Positions 47,068-57,741 of a stretch of 64,000 nt of DNA are shown here, one piece after another (position 1 is the stretch's first letter; every line of letters begins with the position of its first letter). The position numbers and the translations under genes were made by a program. This DNA comes from Cyanidioschyzon merolae (taxonomy: Eukaryota): NCBI GenBank assembly GCA_000091205.1, contig AP006502.2. The stretch is one strand, 5' to 3'. The notes below the pieces were generated by a model, which was given only the letters and a program-made list of their open reading frames with translations, made no database searches and was not told where the DNA came from.

Positions 47068-50000
47068 TCATGTGATGCTTTCCAAAGCAGCACCTAGGGC
47101 GTGGTCATCAAACACGTCGTGGAAATCCCAGAACTGTACATTCCAGCGGGGGTGGTAGCGTCGACACCAGCGCTCAAACCCCTGGATATATGCGGGTCGC
47201 AGGTGCGCATCCAAAGAGTTCCGGAACGCCACCATGGACTCCTCGATGATCGAGGGATCCATGAGAATGCTCCCCGACAACGGATCCAGCATCACCTTGA
47301 CCGGAACATGCTCATAACCCCAGAAAGGCAGTTTCGTCACGATATCGCCGACCGCTGCCCATCGGAATGAAAACGGCACATGTCGCTGGAACGCTGCGGC
47401 GAAAGCGCGATTCCCGACTCGAGGCGACCCAAAAGTCACACTCATCACCAGATCCGATGACAGACGCAACGACTGTGAATTCTCAAAACACGTCATATCG
47501 AGGGCAGCGATGGTTGCCAGGGCCCCGCCGAGAGAGTGACCGCAAAAGATCACCGGTTTGTGGTTGCAAGATGCACTATCCAAGGAGTTCATCGCACTAC
47601 ACGGTTGCGCTTCGCTCGCATCTGCTGCTGCTGCTGCTGCTGCTGTAGCAGTTTCGCTTCGACACCGCGCTGCGGTCTCTCTACCCACTAAGCTCAGCTG
47701 CTGTTGCTGCTGCCCGTGTTCACAACCGCCATGAATATCTGCACTGGACACCTTGGGAAAGCGGTTCGATGGTTGCACGCGCCTATCCAGGCTGGTAGCG
47801 ACACCACAAGTGGCATCGCCGCAGGTGCTGCTCAAGGGCGCGCAAGCCGCATCCACTGCGGTTGGTGCAGTGCTCGAGGGCTTCGCAACAAGCGGTTTCA
47901 GCGTCTCCATTAACTCTTCACGCACGGATAAATAGGCGTGCAAAAATCCACCGTGCACCATTGAAGGCAATCGTCGCCCTATGAGATACGAAAAATCGTC
48001 ACCAGCCTGAGCGCGAAAATCACCAAAGCGCAGGGAACGGATCCCGCGTACGCTCAGCATATACTGCCACCATCGTCGATGTGCAAAACGGCCTCCAGGA
48101 TCTAAACCGAGTTCCTGTGACAGGGCATCATCAAGACCGCGCTCTATATCCGAATCGTCCTTGGCAAAGGCCTCCACTGATGCCTGGTGCTTCCTAGTCG
48201 AATCTATTTCGCGCTTGCTGTGTGTTGCGGGCGGTATTTGCGAACAAGTCGCAGCCGAGGTGCCGCTACGCCCGGCAGCCAAGGCAGTGGTGCTTACAGC
48301 ATTCGTCGTACGAGGCATTCGAGTTGTACCGTCGACAGTCGCTTTCGCCGGTGACTCCCGCAACGACCCGCGTTGACCGTGTTTGCTGCAGGCGCTCAAG
48401 CGCCACGTATCCTGTATTTGCGGACATTCACGTGCATGCAGGTGCTCCTCGAGAGGAACCCGTCGGACATTCATATCTGTGCGTAAATTTCTGGTGCTTT
48501 TGGTACCGCGAAAGCTCACCACAATCCTATCCGCCAAGTCAATGACGAGCACATGTACATCTGTAACGGCGCTGGAGATATGCCGCACGACTCGTGCTTG
48601 CAGGGGGTCCATTTCGCCCACACCATAATGATTGAACATCTCTGCATACATATGCGGGTCATGCCACGGTCGATAGGACAGGTACGCCATGTTGAAGATC
48701 AAAACATGCGTCTCGAGGACAAGTGAGCGCGAGAGCCAGCTGTCTCCATTTCGCAGTGCTTCCTGCTCAGTCTGGTAGTAGAGGTTTGCTTTGCGCAGCT
48801 CTCGCTCTGCATCCAGTGCGTCCGCTGGCCACGGTGCCGCCTGGCTGGCGCTGTGCGCGGACAACTCCCACTCGGAGGAAACGCTCCTTTGTGGGGCTCG
48901 CTTTTCTTGATATGCAGCTGGGTCCGGAGCCAGCGCAACGATCCAGGGCAGCCAAACACCCAGCACTGTCGGAGGTAAATGCACATAGAGCAGGAGCACC
49001 GACCATGTAAAGAGCATCGCGAAGGCACCACCATTGAATCGTGCAATACCCAGCAACCGCAACGGTACGCCATCGAGGGACGCGTTCGCGCTGGGTAATG
49101 GTACCAGGCCCACTGCGATGGTATCGTTTGCAATCAGGAATATATAGGATATCGCAGTAAAGACACGGTAGAAACGAGCACCCATTTGTTTGTGATGACA
49201 ACAGGTATACGGCAGCTGCTGGAGCACTCGGAAGGTGCGGTAGAGCTCCATGGCAATCCAACCATCGAGGAAAATGCGCATGGTAACCACGAGCGCAAAC
49301 GTAAGCGAGTAGGCCACTTGTTGTTGGTGTCCACGCATAGCAAACTGAACCAACATGCCCGGCCAGGTGAGTCCTAACGCCGTTCGAGACCAGCCGCAAA
49401 TGGCTGTCTCCACGGCGGCGATGATCAAACAGAGACCAAATACCACGCGGTTTCGTTCTAGAAACGTGTGGCGATCCTTAATATCACGATAAAGTCGTAG
49501 AATAGCCATGGCGTGTCCATAAAAACCAAATATCCAGAACCATTGCCAGACCAGGTCGGAGACATAGAGAATGGCAATCGTGGTGCCGCTCGCTTCCGAT
49601 ATCGTTCGTGCAATATTGCCTATAATATTCATCGTAAAGAATATAAATAGACCTTGTAGGAAGCAGCTGCGCATTTCGAAGGTGCAACGGATCCATCCAT
49701 ACCGATAGAGACGCAAAAAGTAGACGATCGTGAAAGTAAGCTGGAGCACGCAAAAGCAGTACACGACGACGCGGTCAACGAGGTTGAGTGCCGGGAGTGC
49801 CGCTTCGAAACGGCGTGCAAACAGACTCATTGCTAGCGTGTAGGTGACGGAGAGCACGATTGCACTGCATAAGTTGAGAATTTGCCAAGTTACCTGCTTC
49901 GAGGATAGCGTCTCAAGGAGGAACTTGGCTTCCTTTGGATCGCTTCGAATCTGTGGTGGAGCAAAGAAACTCGACAAACGACTGCGGTGACGTGCACTGC

Positions 50001-50118
50001 TTCGACGTGTGCGCGTGCCTCGTTCCTGTCCATTGATGAGTTCGCTGCTGCCTCTTAGCGTGCTGTCTCCAAATGTCTCCGACTCGAACGACGAGACGGA
50101 GGTACCACGAGCAGCCAT
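47068..50118 (-). CDS. multi-pass membrane class-3 lipase, sn-1 diacylglycerol-lipase (DAGL)-like
   Basis: The track ORF extends to 50133, but its first codon is not ATG. An ATG lies at 50118 (MAARGTS...). About seven N-terminal TM segments are followed by a lipase_3 domain: DRIVVSFRGT, nucleophile elbow VIFCGHSLGGALATIAALD, and VTFGSPRVGN. A ~250 aa low-complexity insertion carries a polyQ/polyA tract encoded by (CTG)n on the plus strand at 47622-47646. Confidence 0.8.
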   Translation of the reverse strand: MAARGTSVSSFESETFGDSTLRGSSELINGQERGTRTRRSSARHRSRLSSFFAPPQIRSDPKEAKFLLETLSSKQVTWQILNLCSAIVLSVTYTLAMSLFARRFEAALPALNLVDRVVVYCFCVLQLTFTIVYFLRLYRYGWIRCTFEMRSCFLQGLFIFFTMNIIGNIARTISEASGTTIAILYVSDLVWQWFWIFGFYGHAMAILRLYRDIKDRHTFLERNRVVFGLCLIIAAVETAICGWSRTALGLTWPGMLVQFAMRGHQQQVAYSLTFALVVTMRIFLDGWIAMELYRTFRVLQQLPYTCCHHKQMGARFYRVFTAISYIFLIANDTIAVGLVPLPSANASLDGVPLRLLGIARFNGGAFAMLFTWSVLLLYVHLPPTVLGVWLPWIVALAPDPAAYQEKRAPQRSVSSEWELSAHSASQAAPWPADALDAERELRKANLYYQTEQEALRNGDSWLSRSLVLETHVLIFNMAYLSYRPWHDPHMYAEMFNHYGVGEMDPLQARVVRHISSAVTDVHVLVIDLADRIVVSFRGTKSTRNLRTDMNVRRVPLEEHLHARECPQIQDTWRLSACSKHGQRGSLRESPAKATVDGTTRMPRTTNAVSTTALAAGRSGTSAATCSQIPPATHSKREIDSTRKHQASVEAFAKDDSDIERGLDDALSQELGLDPGGRFAHRRWWQYMLSVRGIRSLRFGDFRAQAGDDFSYLIGRRLPSMVHGGFLHAYLSVREELMETLKPLVAKPSSTAPTAVDAACAPLSSTCGDATCGVATSLDRRVQPSNRFPKVSSADIHGGCEHGQQQQQLSLVGRETAARCRSETATAAAAAAADASEAQPCSAMNSLDSASCNHKPVIFCGHSLGGALATIAALDMTCFENSQSLRLSSDLVMSVTFGSPRVGNRAFAAAFQRHVPFSFRWAAVGDIVTKLPFWGYEHVPVKVMLDPLSGSILMDPSIIEESMVAFRNSLDAHLRPAYIQGFERWCRRYHPRWNVQFWDFHDVFDDHALGAALESIT
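47622..47646. repeat. (CTG)n trinucleotide repeat inside the lipase CDS, encoding a poly-Gln/Ala tract on the minus strand
   Basis: The run tctgctgctgctgctgctgctgctg is read from the sequence. A second shorter run lies at ~47697. Confidence 0.8.
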
Positions 50119-50475
50119 GAGGGCAGCGTGCAAGCAGAATTAGAGTTGCATATTGTTCGGTACCCGTGCACTGCAGTGCAGAGTATACGGACCACGAAGC
50201 ATGAATATGGCAAAGAAGGTTCGTTTTTATGTATGGAGCGGTGCGTATGCGCATCCGCTCACACACGTTCACAAGCCCCAAGTCGGCTAGCTAAGGATTC
50301 CTGCACTGCACTGCACTGCCGTTCTTGGTCGTTCGAATTCGCAATCCAGAAACGCATCCCATGCGGACGCTCGAGACGCTCTCTGCTCACCAGCGCAACT
50401 CCATGAGGCTCCATTCCTGCTATGCGTATTCGTATGCTATGTTGATGTGTATAGCAGAAGGTCGAGATGTAGAAG

Positions 50476-51860
50476 CAATGTGCTGTATAGATCGTAGACG
50501 AATAGAATGTTAGATATATATTCTTTACTGAACAGTGCAAGGAGGACTGCATTCCTCGTTCAGGTACGGTTCACCACAGTATTCAGATGGACGAGGAAAA
50601 CTGAAATAAAGAAGCAAGTACATGCGATCCACACCGAAACCAGATATACTCATAGCGTGCTTGCGTTCACTGGTAGAAAAACGACCCGTTGATTACTTTA
50701 GGGAAGGGGAAAGCGACGATAATACCCATTACCTCTATCTATTTTTCTCGCCAGCTAATTCGTGTGATCCTGAATGCACTGGCATACAGTCGCGATAAAG
50801 TCCTGGTTCATGCACAGCCGTCTTGTATCGAATTCGCAACGACAGCGTTCCCGGAACGTCCCGATCGGTACGAAGCACAGAGACGTAGCTCTGTCTTTTT
50901 CAGACGATGCGACTTTCTTTGGCCGAAATGGTCGGGGCGTACATGGGTAGTCGCGGAGATGGAGCCAGCTGTATGTATGATCGAACTTGATGAGAGCGAG
51001 GACATCATCAACTGTTTCAGCTGCAGTGGATTCATTTGGCGGCCGCAGTTTCGCTCAGAGAGAAGGCTCGTCGAACAGCACACACTGTACCGAATCATTG
51101 AAGAAATTTCCCCTGACGTCTGACGACGTCGTCCGGTTGTACGGCTTGGTATTTCACCATTCCCCTTGCGTTCGAATGTTTGCTGATTCGATCGGGGAAT
51201 AGAGCTGCTTTTCATTCCTCGATATAATCCGTGGTTGAGCCCCATAGAAAGTGTTTTTTCTATTATGAGACGTTTTTAATGCTCAACGGGGCGAGTCGCT
51301 GCAGCGTTCAGCACACATTGGTACCTGGCCACATTGTGTCCTTCGTCTGCAAGCCCTTCTCGCTCCGGTTAGCTCCTCATCTAACGGCATAAAGAAGCGC
51401 GCCATTTGAAGAAATAAGAAATCCAAGGGATGAGCTGCGGTGTACACTTCAGAACATCGAGATAGAGAGAAGGCAGCGGAGCGCATCGCGCGATAGAAAA
51501 GTACGGAGAGCTGACAGAGCAGTCAATGGTACTGAGTACTCGTGTTCTGGCAATCCTTGCATGGGTGAGTTCAACAAGCGGCATTATATGCGAGGAGTTC
51601 GTGAAACGAGACTCCAACGTCACCTTCAGTATCCGACGATATATAGTGCTGAAGAAGAGAACCGAGGAGCTGACGCGATACAGGTTTATGGGGCAGTCTC
51701 TCAGACTTGAGGTGTGCAGGAGGAAGCTGACGTCAATAGGTGGTGGTCGGTCGAAAAAGGCTTCACCTCTGCGAAAATTGCTTCGCCCATAACTTGCGTT
51801 GGAAAAGCAAAATCGCACACATGAAGACTTTGTGATTTGAACATGCTGTTGTTCGGGAAA
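50476..51860 (+). mobile_element. composite element copy Y-E, paralogous to 38005..39440: Tc1/mariner-like transposase remnant joined to a TnpB-like 3' fragment
   Basis: ORFs 50507..50692, 50689..51123 and 50987..51202 parallel copy X (LLNSARRTAF..., ...AAVDSFGG.SFA.RE...). In copy Y the transposase C-terminus has decayed to ...ADSIGE-LLFIPRYNPWLSPIES. ORF 51526..51792 encodes EEFVKRDSNVTFSIRRYIVLKKRTEELTRYRFMGQSLRLEV, a decayed RuvC-III region. Nucleotide homology with X-D can be followed across the junction, as in gaRtcgctgMagcgYtYagcacacattgRtacc. Confidence 0.55.
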
Positions 51861-53307
51861 CAACAAGATGAAAGGCTTGTGCATATGCATCGGATAAGGA
51901 TTCGGGTTATTTTAGGTACCCTTGTTCCAGCGTGTCGCGAATGATCTTGATTCAGAGGTCGTGACGAATTCCAGCGACAAGGCGTCATTGAAATCACTCT
52001 GAAAAGACGACAGAGCATTTGAAAACTGCATATGAGTCCGAAAGTCCTTACTGCTTCTCCTCAAACGCCGAAGTTGACCATTTAAAAAAGTTGGGAAGAG
52101 AAAAATGAAGAGCAGCAACAGAGCGACTAGTTCAGAGTTGCATGTGAATCTCGCAGTGGTTTAGTGCAGGTTACCCACTTGGAAAAAGAAGCAGCTTCGT
52201 GCGACCGACTGTATGCATCTACTTCGACGCACGCTGAGCGCGGAGAGCTAGGTCGACATGTCCATAGGTATCTTTTACAGCTTTCGATCCTGCACAGCTT
52301 CTTCCATTGCAGGTCTGCGGGTACTCGGAGTCAGCTACATGATTAGGTTCGAACGCAAATTACCCTCGATTGGAAAGAACTTCCATGATATCCTTGTGTA
52401 GAACGGCCTCTATACAGCAACGCAAAATCTAATGCAAGCTATCCATTTTTAGAAACGTAAAACTCATGATGAAATGAGGCAGCAGGCTGGCGCTCGTCAG
52501 CAGCCGAAGCAACATCGAATTCGAGATCCGCAGGCGGCTAGCCTCGGCGAGAACACCCGTTTTCTCAGACGCTGAAATGCGAACCGCTGTACAGCGGTTT
52601 TTCGGATGCGACCCGTTGTGCTGCGGCTGCGGCTGCGGCTGCTGTTGGCCGTAACCCTTCTGGTGACGCGCAGTACCGAACGCATGTCTTTGAGAACGAT
52701 TCTGACGCTGCTGGTTTTGCTTTCCGTATCGGGCACTATAACGCTCCTCGTTTTCGGAGGTCTATTCAAAGCAAAGTATCCTTACTTGGGTGACTTTGAA
52801 GGCGACTATGCAGCAACTGCATCCGTTTGTTTCCAAAGTGCGCTTGCTTTCTCTGCGCTTGGAGCAGCCAGTGCGCTTGGTTTGCCGCTTGTTCACTGGT
52901 GGTGGGAAAGACGCTTGGCGCGGAGACGGGCGCTGCGGTCATTGGAAGACCCCTCAAAAAGCGCACGTGTCCGCTTCGTTGCTACCTCTTCGTTTTGATA
53001 CTAATGCGCCCAAGAATCCCTCCCTGTCTACCAACGAGTACAGGGGGCGTGCTAGCTACGTGCGTCCATTCGTATCGCACTTCGTGTCGTGTGGCGAGCG
53101 CTGAACCACGCTCTCTCGCGAGGCCATGGACAAAAACGGTAGACTCCTTGTACAAAACTTCCTCGATCATTTACTGATCTTCGTTTCTAAACGGTTCGTA
53201 TCGAGAACCGCCGCCACGGGAGCACTCAGCTTCGCGAGAGCATCTCTTCGCTATCTCTTCCACGTGTGAGGGCAAAGTGCCTGTCAAAATCTCGGGACAC
53301 ATCTGCA

Positions 53308-54048
53308 TCACACTGCAGCTGACAGCCGTGATTTGTGTAGTGCAGACCGTCGACTACGACTTTCCTTTCGTGACTGGCGGGCCTCGGCTTGTCGCTGAGC
53401 GAGGAGCTTTTCGTACTCTGCGGCCTCCGCTTTCGCCTTCAAGGCCCTTGTGCGCTGTACGGCTCGCCGTCGACGCTTACGCTGTAATGACTGCGCGGTC
53501 ACTAGACGCTGGATTTTGGGAGCTTTCTCGTAGGTCTTCCCCGAGGCAGTCGTCACTTTGCGCCGAATGACATATTTGCGCACGTCGTCGTCCTTGCTCA
53601 AGTTAAACAACTTGCGGATTTTAGAAGCTCGTTTCGGACCCAGACGACGCGGGATTATTCGATCCGTTAAGCCGGGTATCTCTTGCTCGCCTTGACGCAC
53701 AATGGCCAGGTTCACTACGCTCATCTCGCTGCTGATGATGCAACCACGCACGCTTCGTCGCTTTCGCTCGCCATCACGCATACCATAACCCCGACAACCG
53801 ACGTCTCCCTTGTGCATCAGAAGCCGTACGCGGTTCGGTGTGAGGACACCGAGACGCGCGGGAAACCCTTCCTTGTCCTGCGCACCCATTATGCGCAGGA
53901 TCGTGCCGCGGAACTCCTCTCCGAGTAACGCTTCGCCATCCACTTCTTGAGCGATGCGCTTATCATAGATGGCTCGCAACCGACTCTCGTCGTCTATTTC
54001 AAACTGCTTCTGGCAACCTGTCGCAGGATTCGCGACGTTGAACTTCAT
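53308..54048 (-). CDS. RPS6: 40S ribosomal protein S6 (eS6)
   Basis: ATG confirmed as cat at 54046-54048. [21 protein letters not shown]...[12 protein letters not shown]...[12 protein letters not shown] is the canonical eS6 sequence. The Ser-rich basic C-terminus is intact in this intronless ORF. Confidence 0.92.
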   Translation of the reverse strand: MKFNVANPATGCQKQFEIDDESRLRAIYDKRIAQEVDGEALLGEEFRGTILRIMGAQDKEGFPARLGVLTPNRVRLLMHKGDVGCRGYGMRDGERKRRSVRGCIISSEMSVVNLAIVRQGEQEIPGLTDRIIPRRLGPKRASKIRKLFNLSKDDDVRKYVIRRKVTTASGKTYEKAPKIQRLVTAQSLQRKRRRRAVQRTRALKAKAEAAEYEKLLAQRQAEARQSRKESRSRRSALHKSRLSAAV

Positions 54049-55330
54049 CGGACTGGTTCAGAACTGCAGCAACGCGAATATGTTAGGTAAGATAGCGGGC
54101 TGCGCACCGGCAGTCGACGCAGTAGCGGCATGCTCAGCGCGCCGCACGACGGATCGCCGATCCAGTACAAGATATGTCATTAAGGAATTAATGTGCCTCC
54201 ATGAAGTTCGGCTACGCACGCGATTTCAACGAGCGACCACACATGAACCAGGAGGTACCTGGGTAGTCCTGCGAAATGAACCTATGAAACCTCTCTATGA
54301 AGGCATTCAAGATTCGCGCGCTTTTGTGGTGCAAGTTTCCGTCCACATGAATAATCTTGGTCAACGAGAGCGTATCGCTTCGAGTTCTCTAGCTTGGGAG
54401 ACCCAGTTGCGGAAATGACTCGGTACGCAGGAGGCCCTGCCCTGTCGACGACAAGCCAGTACCTGGATTGCATACGGCCATCGGTTGTATTCCGCTCGTG
54501 CATCGTATTCAAGTACACTCGTGCAGGAGTTGCGTACCAGGCTTCCGGGTGCTGACATCAAACCTACGCTACACGCATGGCCTCGACATGTGACGCATCA
54601 CTCGAGTTCCGCGTGAGCTGCCATCACGCGTGGACTGCTCCAGTACCCCTGCGACATCCGCAGACATAGGCATTGCTGCGTGCTATCCAGGGAATAGATA
54701 ACTGCGTTGGGACGTTGCCCACAGGATACGTGGCTGCACTGAATCGGTCACACAGATCCTGCATCGTCCGGGACTGCAACCGTGCATCGCCGTCGCTGGC
54801 CATATGCCTCAGTCAGCGCTGCACGAGCGCCACCGCTGGGCGGCCATCGCGTTTTCAGTGCGCATGGTATTGAGCTCCAGCGAGGAGCGACTGGCGTCGT
54901 CGGTATCGCATGTTGCGTGGTGTCTCTCGATACCACCTGGACGCAACATGGAACTCCGAGCGTCATTGGAACCAAACGTTGATATATATATATTGTGCTC
55001 TAGGCCGCAAGAAACATTGCGCGTGTTTTGCTATGCTGATAAACGAATTGCTGAGAAGCCCGAAAGCGCGGTGCACGAATGTCTTACCGACATACGGCGA
55101 CATCGCGAACCGCGTGGACACGAGCAACCAGGCCTTACAAACGCAGCGGCATGATATGGGATGTTGCATCTCATGCTCGATGCTCGGCTCAACAGCGCGT
55201 GGCCTCAGACGCCTATTGTTTCCTCGGACTTTAACGTGCGACGAAATCAGAATGACTCGCTACGGGAGTCTCTGGGCGATGAACACTGACAACAACAACG
55301 CGACATTCGTGTTTCCATAAACGTTCCGAA

Positions 55331-56467
55331 ATGGACTCTGGATGGTATGAGCGCTCGCTGGACCCTTTCGGAACTCGTCTGCTATGGAAGCGAACACGTG
55401 CATCCGCGGGTATCGAGTTCGAGGCATTGATCCAAAGTCGTATGAATCGCGGCCAGTCGGAGGCCACGTGGCCGCGCATCCACGCGTTGCTTGCTCGAGC
55501 GTTGCTCCGAGCCCAGCTTGTCGCTGGATATACCCGTGCGGAACACCCGCTTCGAAACCTAGGACGCGTTGGAAGCGAGTCTGGGACTCTGCAGACGCCT
55601 CCTGCGTGCTTTCCTGGGTCGTTCGAAGCGATCTTGGTAGAAATGGCAACGCTTACCCCAACGGAAGAGTCTACCAGTGCCCGCAGTCTTCGTCGTGACT
55701 TTCGGAATACCTTTCGACACCTCGCTGCCGCGCTTTTTGCAGCTGTTTTATCGGCTTGTGCCGACCATCTGCATCAGTGGAGCCTATTTCCGGTCTCAGT
55801 TTCGAAACTGGTCTCTGTTGGAGTCTACGCATCAAGCTGGCTTGTATACTCCTGGCAATGCAGCAGGAAGCCACAGAGGCTTACTTCGCGGCTTGTTTCG
55901 ACAACGTCGCAACGCCGAGAACTCGCAACCATTGTGGTCCACCGAGCCGGGGAAAGCTTTGGACACACGGCAATGGTTGCCGGACTATTCATACGAACTG
56001 CCTCCTACCGGATCATTCTAACTTATTTCGTGATCGAATACGTGGCAACCTGGGCAGGGTTCAGCGTTTGGATCTCGGGACCTCGCTATGCTCCCACGAC
56101 ACCGAATGAAAGCTCGCAAGAGACCAGGCTTGAAAAGGCACCGGCACGCCAGCGAGTATGGCGGCTTTTGGAGTTTTTGAATGGACCCCATGCCCTAGGT
56201 GTAACCCTCGGATGGGTGCTCCCATTCGTGCTCGTGACGTATTGCACTTTTCGAGCGACGCGCGTGTCACCGACCGTGCATTCGTCCTCCATGATGGCGG
56301 AATTGAGCGCCATCGGGCTCTGGCAATCCGCTCGCATGCGTATCGCAGAGTGGCTGATGTTTGTCGCAGGCGCAGCGCATATGCTATGTATATGCGGCAA
56401 CGTTCTCATCACCACAATATATCTTGCAACCGTGGAGCCAGATTCCCGGCAGTCGAAGAAAGCGTAG
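55331..56467 (+). CDS. hypothetical protein with several hydrophobic segments; no recognised family
   Basis: ATG at 55331, 378 aa. Hydrophobic stretches include FAAVLSACADHL, LVSVGVYASSWLVYSW, AMVAGLFIRTASYRIILTYFVIEYVATWAGFSVWI, LGWVLPFVLVTY and WLMFVAGAAHMLCICGNVLITTIYL. Confidence 0.35.
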   Translation: MDSGWYERSLDPFGTRLLWKRTRASAGIEFEALIQSRMNRGQSEATWPRIHALLARALLRAQLVAGYTRAEHPLRNLGRVGSESGTLQTPPACFPGSFEAILVEMATLTPTEESTSARSLRRDFRNTFRHLAAALFAAVLSACADHLHQWSLFPVSVSKLVSVGVYASSWLVYSWQCSRKPQRLTSRLVSTTSQRRELATIVVHRAGESFGHTAMVAGLFIRTASYRIILTYFVIEYVATWAGFSVWISGPRYAPTTPNESSQETRLEKAPARQRVWRLLEFLNGPHALGVTLGWVLPFVLVTYCTFRATRVSPTVHSSSMMAELSAIGLWQSARMRIAEWLMFVAGAAHMLCICGNVLITTIYLATVEPDSRQSKKA

Positions 56468-57060
56468 AGATTTGCGCTCTCGCGAGGCGATCGCTTGGAT
56501 GGGCGCTTTTGCAGTGATGTACACGAGCAGCGATCCCGCGGGAGAACACGATCGTTGCCGCTGGTTTGGATCCTAATCCTCACGACCTGTTACTACGCTT
56601 GATATTCATGCGGTTCTCAATGGACCGTCACGTCTTGATATCAAAGCGGATTTGTTGCGTGTGCCGCACTCGCTTGACGGCCGGTTCACGACCCGTAGGC
56701 ACCAGTGCTGTTCTGGACTTCCATACCTGGATGCGCGCCGCTTGGCTTCTGTACACTCGCTCGCTGACTTTGTCTATAGAGGCAGTGGATCCTGCTCATG
56801 GCCGTCCAGATGCGCATTCATGCGCCTAAACATCCGACTGGTTCGCGTTCCTGGGCGTTTACGATCATAAAATGAATACACCCGTGATAAAGTCGCCAGC
56901 TGCTCGGGCGATCCCGCCGTTGGCACAGGCGATCCCGGATGTTGCGAACCGCGGCGGGGCGCGATGCAACGTACCCGCGCCCCCTACCGTCCCATTCGTC
57001 GTTCTGCTCCAAACTCGTGCATAGACTGGGGGCACTGGTGCTTCGGGGAACCGCGAACCC

Positions 57061-57741
57061 ATGTTTATTCTGGGCACAAGCATACTCCGCGCCTATACCA
57101 ACGTTTCCGGACGTTTTCGTGGTCGGCACAGGGCAACCACGGCCCGTACGAACCAGTCCGAGTTGCGCGTCCGGCGCTGTGGCTCCGTCAAGTACCGGGC
57201 GGCAGCTTCTAGACGTTCCCGCTCGAGCGTGCTTGCGTCCGCCACGGGAGGAAACGCGTCGCACCTAAAAGAGGCCCTACAGGCCGGTGAAACTATAGCC
57301 TACGAAGTGGAGCCGGGCACCTTGCCCACGACCCTTCCGGATGGCTTCTGGTACCGCTGCCTCAGCGGCGATGTGGACAACTGCATCATAAACGGACTCG
57401 TTGCATACAGTCTCGGCTATGTTTTCGATGGAGAACGCGACGTATGGGAGACTGAATACGTTCCGAAAGAGTGGCTACAAGCTTTTCCCGATGGAGCGCC
57501 ACCTGACTTTATCGGCTCTTCGAAGAACCACGCCAGAGAGGCAGATGAGCCGGTAAAGCGGGCGATCCAGAAGCTGCAACAGTCGCTACCAAAAGAGTAT
57601 CGTCAATTCCTTCAACGTCGACTGCCGCAGTTCCATGGATACCAAATAAGCGAGTTGACACCAGAGAAAACTCGACGAGCGCAGTGCATTAACTATTTGT
57701 TGGCGCGTATCGACATGCAGGAGAAAGGGCTCCCGCACTGA
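57061..57741 (+). CDS. hypothetical protein; no recognised domain
   Basis: ATG at 57061, 226 aa, acidic. It lies in the intergenic-sized gap between the hypothetical membrane protein and the ARF-like gene. The coding status is supported only by ORF length. Confidence 0.3.
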   Translation: MFILGTSILRAYTNVSGRFRGRHRATTARTNQSELRVRRCGSVKYRAAASRRSRSSVLASATGGNASHLKEALQAGETIAYEVEPGTLPTTLPDGFWYRCLSGDVDNCIINGLVAYSLGYVFDGERDVWETEYVPKEWLQAFPDGAPPDFIGSSKNHAREADEPVKRAIQKLQQSLPKEYRQFLQRRLPQFHGYQISELTPEKTRRAQCINYLLARIDMQEKGLPH

